DNA of 64,000 bases from Mantamonas sphyraenae STR306 (taxonomy: Eukaryota; Protista; CRuMs). The stretch is taken from NCBI GenBank assembly GCA_026936335.1, contig JAPMXV010000017.1, positions 240,456-304,455 of the forward strand, in the 5' to 3' direction. Positions within the stretch are counted from its first letter, which is position 1. Each line of letters starts with the position of its first letter. This document shows, one piece after another, positions 1 through 11,302 of the stretch. Under the pieces are notes generated by a model. It had not been told where the DNA came from. It saw only the letters and a program-made list of their open reading frames with translations, and searched no databases. The translations under genes and the position numbers were made by a program.

Positions 1-918
1 GCTCGTCTGATGCACGCCTCCCTTTTGGACTTTTCTGGCTGCGAGTTTGTCACCGACGACGGGTTGTCGGCAATGGCATACTTGCCACGTCTGAAACACC
101 TCAGCCTGGCCGGGATGGCACATTTGACTGGAGAATGTCTGCGTGCCCTCCTACTGGCTTCGCATCGCACACTGCAAACTCTGGACTTGAGCAACTGCAA
201 CGGAATCACGCCCGTACGGCTGCTGGATGCGCTCCAGGGCGACGGCGGTGGACCAGCCCTTCGTTTGGAGGCTCTGGATTGCCTCAATGTGAGCGGCGTG
301 TCTCGCATTGACGACGACAGCTTGGCCATCTTGGCAGCGTGCACGCCGAATCTGCGTACGGTGGACCTGTCTGGCGTCGCGGCGGTGACGCCAGAAGGCC
401 TCTGTGCAGCGGCTGAACACTGGCAACACTTGCAGCAGGTGGACATGAGCACCATGGCCAACCTAAATGCAGTCGGTGTGGGCACCCTCCTGGCTGCCAA
501 TCCACACATTCACAGCCTCAGCTTGGCTTGCTGCTCCGACGTCGACGACGAGTTTCTCTCTGCCTGTGCACCCTACATGTGCACTCTGGCCTCACTGGAC
601 GTTTCTATGGACTATTCGGTGACATCTACGGGATTGTTGCAGCTTTTCCGCCACGCAGACGCGCTGCAATCGCTGGACGTCAGCATGTGCGCGCAGGTCG
701 ACGACCTGCTCCTCGCTGGCATCGCCAAACTGGGCTCGATGGAAACCCTGCGCCTCTACCGCTGCACGGGTATCACTGGAGAAGGTGTGCGTGCCCTGCT
801 GGAGAGCCATGCTGGGGAGCGCCTGGTCTCGCTGGATTTGTCGCACACAGGCCTGGAAACCCAGCTGCTGGAGTGGATTGCCTTGGAACACAGCCACATC
901 GAGCTGCTGGTCAGCTGA
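1..918 (+). CDS. F-box/LRR (FBXL/AMN1-type) leucine-rich repeat protein, 5'-partial
   Basis: Frame is open from base 1. Repeated LxxLDLSxCxxI(T/D) cysteine-containing LRRs (LQTLDLSNCNGIT, LQSLDVSMCAQVDD, LRLYRCTGITG). Confidence 0.8.
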   Translation, partial: ARLMHASLLDFSGCEFVTDDGLSAMAYLPRLKHLSLAGMAHLTGECLRALLLASHRTLQTLDLSNCNGITPVRLLDALQGDGGGPALRLEALDCLNVSGVSRIDDDSLAILAACTPNLRTVDLSGVAAVTPEGLCAAAEHWQHLQQVDMSTMANLNAVGVGTLLAANPHIHSLSLACCSDVDDEFLSACAPYMCTLASLDVSMDYSVTSTGLLQLFRHADALQSLDVSMCAQVDDLLLAGIAKLGSMETLRLYRCTGITGEGVRALLESHAGERLVSLDLSHTGLETQLLEWIALEHSHIELLVS

Positions 919-1259
919 GCACCTGCCCAAGTCGTACTGTATATACATATTTGTGAGGATGTTGGACGCGTATCTGTACGTGTGGCGTTGGGTTCACACC
1001 GCACGCTCAATGAACGTCGCTTTTGCTCTCTGCGCACAGACTTGGATCAGGGCTGCCAACAGCCGCGGTGTCATTCGCAATCCGTCCTAGCCACGAGGGC
1101 TTGTACAGCACGTCCACCCGTGTTGCCCTTGCACGCATGCATGCAATGCATGCAATCTCACTCGTCCAACGTCAACAACATCTTTCAAGACGCCACCATC
1201 ATCCTCATCATCATCATTATCATCATCATCATCATTTGTGTGTCAACATGGTACTCTGC

Positions 1260-3561
1260 TCACATGCTGAATTGCCTGTCGTCGTCTTGACGCTTGCCGT
1301 AGGGGTTAGAGGCAGAGAATCGGCCAGCTTGCTTGTGGTACTTTTGCTCGCCTGCTCCGCTGCTGCTTGACCCACCACGACGGCGGGACTTTGTGGCGCC
1401 AGTGATGTTCAAGTTGACCTTGGGGGGCACGGTGAACCCGAAGCTCTTGGCCACCTTGAGGAGATCGAGGGCCTGCACGTCAAAGATGTTTTTGTGCGAG
1501 TGGCTCGCGTAGGCCTGGAGGTAGGAGCGGTAGCCATCGCGGGCGCTCTTGTGAAGGTAGTAGTTCTTTGCAATGAGCTTCTCCAACTGCGACTGCACGT
1601 TTGCAATCTTCTTCTTGGGAAAGTCGTACTCGTTGAGGTTGGCCTTGGCCTGGCGCAGGTAGCGCAGGAAACCCAGCTCGGATGGGAGAAGGAAGAGCAA
1701 CGCCTTGCCCGATGCACCTGCACGTGCTGTACGTCCCACACGGTGAATGTACTCCTTGGGGTCGTCGGGCGGGTCAAACTGAATGATCCAGTCGACGAGC
1801 GGGATGTCCAACCCACGCGCGGCAACGTCGGTGCACAAAAGAATGCCCTTTTCGGCGTTGCAAAACTCGAAAAAGGTGTTTGTGCGCTTCTGCTGCTTGT
1901 GCTTGCCGTGCAGCTCGAGGCAGGGGACGTCGATGTAGTTCAACAGCTCGGCGTGGAACTTGACCGAGTTGCGCGATGACATAAAAACAATGATCTTGCG
2001 GTGTGGGTTCTTCTTGAGAAAGGTAAACAGGAGGAGGAAGCGAGCGTCTGACTCGCAGACGACGTAGCCCTGCTCCAGCGTGTCCACGGTGGCGTTTTCG
2101 CGGTCGTCGTGCACACCCACATACTTGGGCGAGCGCTTGAGACTGAGCTTGGCCAGATCCTGCACGTTGCGCGTCTGGGTGGCGCTGAACAGCATGGTCT
2201 GCCTGTTTTCAGGCAGCAACTTGATGATCTGTGTCATTTCCTCCTCAAAGCCAATCTCCAGGCATCGGTCGGCTTCATCAATGACCAGTGCCTGCAGGTT
2301 CTTGACCAAAAAGCCGCGTGTGTTCTGCAGGTGGTCCAGCAGGCGACCCGGAGTGGCCACAAGCAGGTTGACGCCCTTGAGCAGCTTCTGTTCCTCAGAT
2401 CGGCGGTTGGCTCCGCCCATGACAATGCCAAACGTCTGCGAATGGTACTGCATGAGCACACTTGCCTCTGCGTAGATCTGAAGCGCCAACTCGCGTGTGG
2501 GCGAGATGACAATGACGCCTGTGCCGTTGCGCGGCTTGAATTGCGTCTTGTGCAGGAGCTCGATGGCCGGGATGAGGAACGACATGGTCTTGCCGCTGCC
2601 TGTGCGTGCTGCAGCGAGGATATCGTAGCCTGCCAGCCCCAACGGGATGCTCTTGGCCTGGATTTCTGTCATTTCGGTGAAGCCCTTGTCGGCGATGCCC
2701 TTTCGCGTCGCCTCACTCAGTTCCAGGGACTCAAATGCGGTGTCGTACTCTATGGAATGACAACGTAGGCGGGGTGGTGGGGCGATTCCGTGTGTGAATG
2801 TGTGTCATGAACAGGCGGTGTGCGTGTGTGTGTGTGTGTGTCAGCTACGGGGCGACGAGCGGAGAAAGAACGACGGCCGGGTCCGGTGTCCGGCCAACGG
2901 ATTTTCCTCGGCTGGCCCTTTGCATGCATGCAGGAGCCACACGCAGGGTTCCATGGAAGCATGTGGTCGCGGGGACGTGCATGTGCCCACTGGCTGGTTG
3001 CGTCCGAGGGTGTGTGTACGAGGACGGGCTCGGCCAGGGACAACTTCCGCATTCGCACCTGGAAAACTCACCCTGGACGTCCTCCTCCTCGGCCTTGAGC
3101 TGCTTTGCGGCAGAAGCTCCCTTGCTCTTGGTCTTCTTGCTGGATGAGGACGACGATTTGTTGGTGTCGTCTTCGTCATCGCTGCTGCTGCTGCTGCTGC
3201 TCTTGCTGCTGCTCTTTTTGTGCTTGCGTCGCTTCTTCGACGAGGCGGATTCGTCAGCCTGTTCCTCCCAGCTAATCGACTGCTCCCCAGCATCCGAGTC
3301 GTCGTCGTCTTCATCCTCGTCCACTTGCTTGCCCCTCTTGGCCTCCTTGCGCTCGTCCTGCTCGCTGCGTGCCTCTTCCATGCTCTGGCGGTCCCGCTTC
3401 TTCTGCTTCTTCTTCTTGCTGCTGCTCTTCTTGGCCGATTTCGTCTCTGAACGCGTCGTCTCCTCCTCCTCAGCCTCCACAACCACCTCTTGCTCCTCCT
3501 CCTCGACGTCTTTGGACGACGTACGCTTCTTGCGGCTGCGCTTCTTGTCGCTCTTGGCCAT
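1260..3561 (-). CDS. HAS1: DEAD-box RNA helicase HAS1/DDX18 (60S biogenesis)
   Basis: Exons 3561-3072 (K/E/S-rich, MAKSDKK) and 2749-1260; intron 2750-3071 (GTGAGT..CATAG) joins in frame ([11 protein letters not shown]). Motifs [32 protein letters not shown] and the HAS1-type FKPRNGTG. Confidence 0.96.
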
Positions 3562-3621
3562 GGTTGGGGTTTTTGGTGGCAGCGCAGGCGTCGCCAAACT
3601 CTCGTGCACATCAACCCCGCC

Positions 3622-6600
3622 ATGACCGAGCCGCTGGGGGAAACTACGTCCAGTGAGGATGTCGACAGCTGGGATCTCATGCCAGAAGATTCGGTGAAGC
3701 TGATGTCCAGCGCAAAGCTGAACGTGTGGAGTGAAAGCCAAGGAGCCTTGCTGGGGGCTTCCACCAACGACGACGACGACGACGACAGGCAGAACAAGGA
3801 GGACGGAGAAGAAGAGGAAGAAGAGGAAGAGGACGACGATTCGGACGACGACGGCTTCATGGTGCGGCGACGCGTGCCGAAGCGGAAGAACCCGCACGAT
3901 GTTGGGCACGTGTTTGTGATGCTGGGCGATTTGCAAACGCTGGCTTGCGACGCGTGGCTGTTCCCCACCGACGCCACATTCAACTTTAGCTATGCGTGGT
4001 CATGGGTAGGTGGCCAAGGAAGGGGCGTGTGCACACCGGTGAACGATAAAAAGGGCCACAACAAGCTGTGGAAGGCTGACCCACCACCCAAAAACACACA
4101 AACACACAGCCCTACGACACCGTGAACGTACCGACGCGCAAGTCGTACCCGGAGTGGGGATACAGCAAACACGTGCTCCGCATCGACACTTGGTTCCCGG
4201 ACAAGGTGAACCCGTACATGGTAAACACAAACGTGCCTCTGGATGAGATGCTGCAGCACGTGGCCGACTTTCTGGACGTGGTGGCGTCCGATCTGAAGGA
4301 CAAGGAACCTGCGTACCGCAGACACAAGCACTTGGTGGGCATGCCTGTGGTGGGTACAGGGTACGGAGGCCATCAGGAATGGTCTGGCTCGGTGCTGCAG
4401 CAATTGTTTCCCGTCCTCTACGCCAAGAGCGAGGAGCACAACATGGACGTTGTCCTGGTTGCGTACGAGCGTGAAATGTTCTCTGCTGCCCAGGTTGCTC
4501 GCAAGCAGGCGTCGTTCCGCAGCCAACAGTGGCAGGTGCTGGACGAAAAGGCTCAGGATCTTGCGCAGCGAATGGCCAACCATGCCCTGGACGAGTCTCT
4601 TGTGCTGTTTGTGGGCGCCGGTGTGTCCATGGGTGCCGGTCTGCCATCATGGTGGGGGCTGCTGCACAAGCTGGCCAAGCAGGCCGGATTCACGGACAAA
4701 GAGTGTGAGGCGTTCTGGCCACCCATGTCGCCGCTGGACTGTGCACGCATTGTCGAGACACGGTTGGGTCAGAGTCTGGGTCCTTTGATTGCCAAGGAGT
4801 TGCGTGTGCCTCTGTGCTCGCCGCAGCATCTGATGCTTGCCTCGTTGCCCGTGCGTGAGGTGATCACCACCAACTACGACGAGTGCTTTGAGCGTGCCTC
4901 GCGCAACGCACGTGTGTCCACCGTCGTCCTTCCCTACGAGCCTGAAATGGACGTCGACCGCTGGGTGCTCAAGATGCACGGATGCGTCAACCACCCGGAG
5001 GACATTGTGCTGACGCGCTCGCACTACATCCGCTACGCCCAGCGCCGCGGCGCCTTGGCCGGCATTGCCCAGGCCCTGCTCATCACCAAGCACATGCTCT
5101 TTGCCGGCTTCTCTCTCAACGACGACAACTTTCTCAAGATCATCGACACGGTGAAGCAGGCAAAGGGCGACCTGGCCGTTGCTGACGCCAGTGCAGGTCA
5201 AGGAAGCAAAGCGAACGAGGGGGAGGAAGAAGCAGGCAGCAGCAGCAGCAGCAGCAGCACGGTGCCCAGGGTCAAGTTTGAATTGCCTGAAGGAGTGGTG
5301 GACAGCTCGGAGGACGACGACAGCTACGGCAACGTGTTTGGCTCGACGGTGACACTGGACAACGATCCTGTGTTTGAAAACCTGTGGCAAAACGACCTGC
5401 ACATTGTTTGCACGCAGGAGCAGGGTGGACCTTTCTCGCTGGGCATTTGGCGCTTGGAAATCTTTTACGATCTGCTCAACTCGCACATTTACAGCCACAG
5501 CACGCAGTACGTGCTGGACCCGCGGTACGACGCCATGTTGAGCTCGGGTGAGGAACGCATTGTGGGCAGCATCCACAAGTTTGTACGTTGTGTGGAGAAG
5601 CAGTTTCCGGAGGCTGTGAACAGCAGCCAATGGCCGCTGGTGGTCAACTTTCTGTACGAACTGGGCGGAGAGACCCTGTTGAAGTTCCTGCCACTTCCCA
5701 AGGGTCAAGTTGCACAGCAGACGCGTCGCATGTCGTCTGTACCCTCGCTGCTGGAAAGCGTGAGCACGACCGACTCTTGCGATGCGGGGGACATCATCCA
5801 GCACAAGGCAGGCAGTGGCACAGTGTTCCTGGTGCAGTCGGACATCCGAGTGATGAGCGCAGACGCAACGTTGATCCCATTCAGCGAGAACCAAGTGTGC
5901 ATGGCGTTCTTCCATGCGGAGAGCCGACTTGCGGAACTGATTGCAGAAGGCAAGGGTGAGGTGGCGGCGGATTCCTTGAAGGACGGAACGGTTCAACTGG
6001 AAGAGAGTACGCCAGGGCAGCTGCATCGCCTGTTTAAGCATTGTCACGAGGACAAGACGGCCATTGTCTACGCGGTGGACATTGGGAGCGAGTTTGCAGG
6101 AGTGGAGTTTCTGGCGTCGTGTGCAAACACGTTCCTGGCCCAGGTGCACGCAGACGTGGTAGAGCACGAGTTGGTGCCTCACAACGGACGAGCACGCCAT
6201 TTGGTGACGTTGCCAATCATTGGGACGGGCTGGGGCGAAGGCGCAAACCACACCGGGGCTGTGCTTGCTGCACTGCTGCCGGAGCTGTACACAGGGGCAC
6301 AGCAGTATGGTCTGGATGTGGTGTTGGTCACCAACGACCCAAACGCATACTTGGCAGCGCAGATGCAGCGCAACGCCATGGTGGAGAACCCGTGGCCAGA
6401 CCTGACCATGTCGCAGCGAGCGGAGGGGCGTCGGTTGGCTAAACTGGCAGCCAAGGGCCATTTGGCAGCCATGGTGGGAGCCGGAGTGGCAGCAGACGCA
6501 GGCATTGCGTCGTGGCGTGTGTTTCTGTGCGACTTTGCGGTGGAGCATGGCTTGGACGAATCGTATGTGCACAACCTGCTTGAACGCTTCGACGTGCTGG

Positions 6601-7529
6601 ACACAGCCAGGCTGGTTGCTCAGAGGTGTGGAGGACGCGAGGCACTTGCGGCTGCGCTTGTGGAACGTGTGCAGCAGGCACGGCGGTTTACGATGAAACA
6701 CGCCCTGCTGGCGTCGCTGCCCATCGACCAGTGGATCAGCACCAACTATGACGATCTGTTGCAAAAGGCATGTGCAGCAGCACACAGGGACATTGCTGTG
6801 CTGTTGCGCGAACCCGTGCACAGCACGCGTTGGCTGTTGAACATGTACGGCAGCGTGAGCGCGCCCGAGAGCCTCATCCTGCGTTCGCGCGACGACATCG
6901 AGGCGTCGAACCACCAGGGAATGGCACTATCGGGTGTGTTGCAGACACAGCTGATCACGAAGCATCTTTTGTGTGTGGGCTTTGGTCTGGACAACGACAA
7001 GTTCTTTTCGCTGGCGTATGCCGTGCGCCAGGCAATCAGCGACGCTCGGGAGAACTTTGGCACGGCACTGACGACGTTTGAGGACCAGCTGTTGGAGGAT
7101 GTGTGGGCAGGCAGCCTGCATCTGGTGCCCATGGTGTACACGGACGACCACCAGGTGCCACAGGACGAGGAAGAGCGCGACACGCCAGGCAAGATGCACA
7201 GCGGCTCCAAGTCGGTGGCACATGCTGCACGTGTCATGGATATCTTCCTGGACTGCCTGGCTCAGCAGACGCTGATGGAGCAGGGCGATCGCTCGTTCTT
7301 GCTGGACGACTGGTTCGAGTCGCTGCTTAGCCCAGAGGACAAACAGCTCAAGAAGGCACTTCTGGTGCTCAAGCACGACCTCCCCGACACGGGTGTCACT
7401 GTGCCAGTCATCAAAAACGTCGAGCGGCTGCTCAAGATGTTTGGCGACGTGGCCAAGTCGCGCTTCCGATACCGCAAAAAGGCAGGGCGCAAGATGAGCG
7501 AGTTGTCATTCAGTGAAATGGCGTTCTGA
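3622..7529 (+). CDS. Tandem [Macro-like domain + SIR2-like (SIR2_2) NADase] x2 protein, about 1267 aa
   Basis: Exons 3622-4005 and 4110-7529; intron 4006-4109 (GTAGGT..GCTGAC..CACAG). Macro-like GHVFVMLGDLQTLACDAWLFPTD...MPVVGTGYGG. SIR2-like FVGAGVSMGAGLPSW...ITTNYD...LKMHG. Second unit FLVQSDIRVMSADA...LPIIGTGWG, then VGAGVAADAGIASW...ISTNYD...LNMYG. Confidence 0.85.
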
Positions 7530-7701
7530 TGGAGAGAGTGTGTCGTGTCCTGATGCCGTTTTGGTTGTGCGCATCGATGGTTCTGGCGATGACGCGAAAC
7601 GTGTCGGGAGGCCCGACGACAACAAAAAAAAGCAAACCGCGGGCTTTGCGCCGTCGACACCAGCAAATCCAACAGAGGAGCAATTCACACAAACGAACAA
7701 A

Positions 7702-8781
7702 ATGTCGTCTGCCAAGGCTATTGTCAAGACTTTCCACGAGACCAACACACACACGGGCTCGCACGTCGTGTCGTGCGCAGCCACCAAGGAGGCTGCCATC
7801 GTTGATGCCGTGCTGGTGTACGCCAGCAACAGCGGACGCACAAGGTAGGTACAGGGAACAAGGGGGGAGGTGTGCTGCACACAGGACACAGGACACGGCA
7901 AACACAAGGCGTTGAGCGTGCACGTGAGGTGTGCACGTACCTGGACACAGCTGGACGTGTGTCTGGAGCGTGTCCGGAGAACGGCTGGAGGGTTCTGACG
8001 GAATTTTGCCGAAACTGACGCGCTGTTCCTTGCCGTCCACAGCAACGACATGATCGACGAGATTGTGGCGTATGTGAAGGAAGAGAACCTGGATGTGAAG
8101 TACCTGATCGATTCGCACGTGCATGCCGACCACCTGACGGCTCTGGCAGTGCTGAAGGAGCACTTTCCCGAAGCCAAGACGGTGTGCAACCACAACATCA
8201 CGCAGGTGCAGGACACGTTCAAACCCATCTTCAATCTGGGCGACGAAGTGCCCGCCGACGGTTCCCAGTTTGACGTGCTGGTCAAGGAGGGCGACGTGGT
8301 GAAGCTGGGCGAGCTGGACGGCCTGCACGTGATGGAGACGCCGGGCCACACGCCGGCATGCACCACCTACTACATTGACGGCGACTGTGCCTTTGTGGGT
8401 GACACCATCTTTATGCCGGACATGGGCACGGCACGCTGCGACTTTCCGGGAGGAAGCGCAGACACGCTGTGGGAGAGTGTGCAGCGCATCCTGGCGCTCA
8501 AGGACGAGACGCGTCTGTTTGTGGGCCACGACTACGCTCCGGGAGACCGAGAGACGTTTGAGTTTGAGAGCACAGTGGCCGATGAGAAGGCCAGCAACAA
8601 GCACGTGAAGGAGGGCACGACCAAGGAGGAGTTTCTGGAGTTTCGCACCACACGCGACCTGCAACTGTCCCACCCTGGACTCATCCTGCCTTCCCTGCAG
8701 GTCAACATCCGTGGTGGTGAGCTGCCCGAGCCCGAGAGCAACGGCACACGCTACCTGAAGATCCCGCTCAACACGATCTGA
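7702..8781 (+). CDS. Metallo-beta-lactamase-fold hydrolase, persulfide dioxygenase/Blh (ETHE1-related, bacterial type)
   Basis: Exons 7702-7844 and 8043-8781; intron 7845-8042 (GTAGGT..ACTGAC..CACAG). Motifs SHVHADH, TPGHTPAC, FVGDTIFMPD, ARCDFPGG, GHDY and C-terminal YLKIPLN. Confidence 0.88.
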
Positions 8782-8811
8782 GCAACGAGGCGCTGCCAAT
8801 GTATCTATGTC

Positions 8812-8812
<1 letters not shown>

Positions 8813-8857
<45 letters not shown>
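8813..8857. repeat. (AC)n microsatellite
   Basis: About 22 perfect AC units between convergent genes. Confidence 0.95.
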
Positions 8858-8862
<5 letters not shown>

Positions 8863-9066
8863 CCCTCTCTTCCATTCCATTCCATGTCATGCCACGCCTC
8901 GCTCAAACCACTCGCTCCCGCACTGCCTCGAGCTGCAGCTGAAGGAAGCGCAGACGACGGCTGTCGATCAGGGCATCGTGCAAACTCTGGCCGATGGCAT
9001 CGGCGGCAGTCTTGAGCCTGCTGCCCTGCAGCTGTTGTTCAGAGCACCGTCGTGTCCACGCACTCG

Positions 9067-10605
9067 TCACCACGTTGTGTCATCCTGTGAAGCAATCCAC
9101 TGGAACAGGCGCTGCACAAGTTCGTCGGGGAGTGTGGTCCACAGCTCTGTCGGCTGGTACTCATCCATCCCACCCGCCTCAAACATCACTTCTCGCTCCT
9201 CACTGTTCATGATGAGGACCGTTTCCATCTGCTCATCCGTGCGTCCCGTGTAAACGCCGTGCAGTTGCCGACTCCACGGCAATTCGCAGAGTAACCTGGC
9301 TGCCGACTTTGCCCCACACTCCACATGTGTGTCTGCACCTGCGTTGACCAGCTCCACGGCCACTTGCAGATGGCACTGTTCCGCAGCTCGCTGCAGCGCC
9401 GTGACGCCGTCTTGTTCCAAAGTGGCGTGTGGCGACACCCCTTGTGCAAGCAGTGCTCGCACGGCATCCAAGTCTCCGTCTGCTGAAGCCATGTGCAATT
9501 CTTCCAGCAAGGACACGTTTGCTTTGGGTCCCGGGTAGCGCACCAGTGTGCTCCTGACAAGCGTGTGGTTCTCCTCCGGGAACGGGTGCATTTCCTCCAG
9601 AAACAGAGCGTCCGGCAATCGCAGCGTGTGCAACGACGAATTGGCCAAGAGCATGGCTTTGAAGGATTCCCACCAATGGACCTCCCCGCGCTCCAGGTCG
9701 ACGCCCTTGAGAGTCAGCGACCCCAGCGTCCTGTTCTCTTTCAATGCATCCAACACGGCCTCCAGTGCCTCAAGATTCACCGCACGCCTCTGCCCCGACC
9801 ATTCCAGGGACAACAAAGAGGCGTTGGATCGGAGCATGGCGGCCATCGCCTTGGTGCCTTCCACGTCGCCCACATGTCGTTTGACCACAAGGTTTTTCAC
9901 GGCACGGTTGCCTTTGAATGCATCCGCGAGCACTGACAAGGCCACGTCGTCCAGTTGGCACAGCTGCAACGTCACGTCGTGCAGGTGTGTGGCCTGCGCC
10001 AACGCCTGGAGGAACGCTTCAGGGTCCCCGTGCTCGTCCACTTCCACACGCAAGCGGTGGATGCACGTGTTTCCCAGCACAATGTCACCCAAGATCTCCA
10101 TGCCCCTTTTGTCCAGTGCACCGGCATACACGGTGAGTGTGTGGACCGGCACCGTGGCCAGACCCGTTGCCACGGACGCCAGCTCCTCTGTGTTCTCCAA
10201 TGGACCAATGGTCAGCTTGCGCAACCCCGTGTTCAGACACAACATACGGTCGAGCACCTGTGATTTCTCAGTGCTCAGCATTGGGCCACGGTTGGACCAC
10301 GGCGCCGGCGCCCCTCTCAGCTGCCCAGTCACCGACAGCGCCGTCACGGTGGGGTGCTGCGCCAAGGAGCCGGCAATGGCCTCGAAGGATGTGTCTAGCA
10401 TGGCGACGATCAAGGTCACACTCGTCACGGTGCGGTTGTCGTACAGTGCGTCCGAGATGGTCACTGCGTCGTCGACGCTGATGCTTCCATGAGAATTGCG
10501 TGGACGAAGCAACAGAGCAGTGGCCTCGCTCATGCGTTCAGCCAAGGCATGTGAGTCACCGTCGGGCACACCATTCCACAGCGAATCTGCAGAGTTGAGG
10601 AGCAT
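9067..10605 (-). CDS. RNI-like LRR + ankyrin repeat protein with a C-terminal F-box-like motif
   Basis: Likely start MLLNSAD at 10605. LRR units NRTVTSVTL, NTGLRKLTI, NRTLGSLTL, NSSLHTLRL. Ankyrin repeats LHMASADGDLDAVRALLAQG and TALQRAAEQCHLQVAVELVNAGAD. Terminal LPDELVQRLFQW. Confidence 0.75.
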   Translation of the reverse strand: MLLNSADSLWNGVPDGDSHALAERMSEATALLLRPRNSHGSISVDDAVTISDALYDNRTVTSVTLIVAMLDTSFEAIAGSLAQHPTVTALSVTGQLRGAPAPWSNRGPMLSTEKSQVLDRMLCLNTGLRKLTIGPLENTEELASVATGLATVPVHTLTVYAGALDKRGMEILGDIVLGNTCIHRLRVEVDEHGDPEAFLQALAQATHLHDVTLQLCQLDDVALSVLADAFKGNRAVKNLVVKRHVGDVEGTKAMAAMLRSNASLLSLEWSGQRRAVNLEALEAVLDALKENRTLGSLTLKGVDLERGEVHWWESFKAMLLANSSLHTLRLPDALFLEEMHPFPEENHTLVRSTLVRYPGPKANVSLLEELHMASADGDLDAVRALLAQGVSPHATLEQDGVTALQRAAEQCHLQVAVELVNAGADTHVECGAKSAARLLCELPWSRQLHGVYTGRTDEQMETVLIMNSEEREVMFEAGGMDEYQPTELWTTLPDELVQRLFQWIASQDDTTW

Positions 10606-10652
10606 GGACGCGTTCTTGGGTCGTCGTGCGCAGGGCAGCACAACCCGCACGC

Positions 10653-11234
10653 ATGTCCAGTCGAGGCAAAGGCAAAACCAAGCAGAAGGGTTCGTCGCGT
10701 TCGGAACGGCGCAAGGCAGCTCGTGCAGCGGCCAGGCAAGCCCAGCAAAAGACAAAGGTGGACATTGCGGACTCGCTCGGGGACGACACAGACTCGGAGG
10801 CCAAAGAAGGCACCGACACAGACACACAGACACATCAGCAGGAGGAAGTGGCCAAGGTGGACAACGACACAAAGGAATGGTGCACCAACATGGTCCAGAA
10901 GGAGATTGAGCGCGTGCAGAGCGAGGGCGGCAAGGCAATCACGCTCCCTGTCGTCTCGTTTGCTACTGTGTGGCACGACGACGTGCTGGTCAACCATCTG
11001 CTTGTTGATTCCAACTATGACTTTGAGAACGTGTCCCAAGTCATGCTCAGCGACCCGCAAGAGGGCCCCAAACCAAACCACAACTTTTGCTTTGTCGTCC
11101 TCGTCCAACCTGGCGCAGATGTGGCCATTCTGCTGCCGTACGTGTTTACAGACAACAGCGAGAACACGCTGAGCGAGTGGCAGTTTACCAACGCCAAAGG
11201 GGACGTCGCACGCACGCGCGTCGATTTTGCTTGA
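10653..11234 (+). CDS. Hypothetical protein (basic N-terminus, globular C-terminal half)
   Basis: 193-codon ORF from MSSRGKGK with host-like codon use. It fills the gap between two minus-strand genes. Confidence 0.7.
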   Translation: MSSRGKGKTKQKGSSRSERRKAARAAARQAQQKTKVDIADSLGDDTDSEAKEGTDTDTQTHQQEEVAKVDNDTKEWCTNMVQKEIERVQSEGGKAITLPVVSFATVWHDDVLVNHLLVDSNYDFENVSQVMLSDPQEGPKPNHNFCFVVLVQPGADVAILLPYVFTDNSENTLSEWQFTNAKGDVARTRVDFA

Positions 11235-11302
11235 CGAGCAGAGACGCAGAGGTTGTGACCCCAATGAAAACATGTTTCTTCCCTTCCCACCATTCCAGCC
11301 TC

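Noticed and set aside
2750-3071. Possible snoRNA in the relatively long HAS1 intron
   Set aside because: No convincing C/D or H/ACA boxes or rRNA guide visible by eye. An Infernal scan would be needed.
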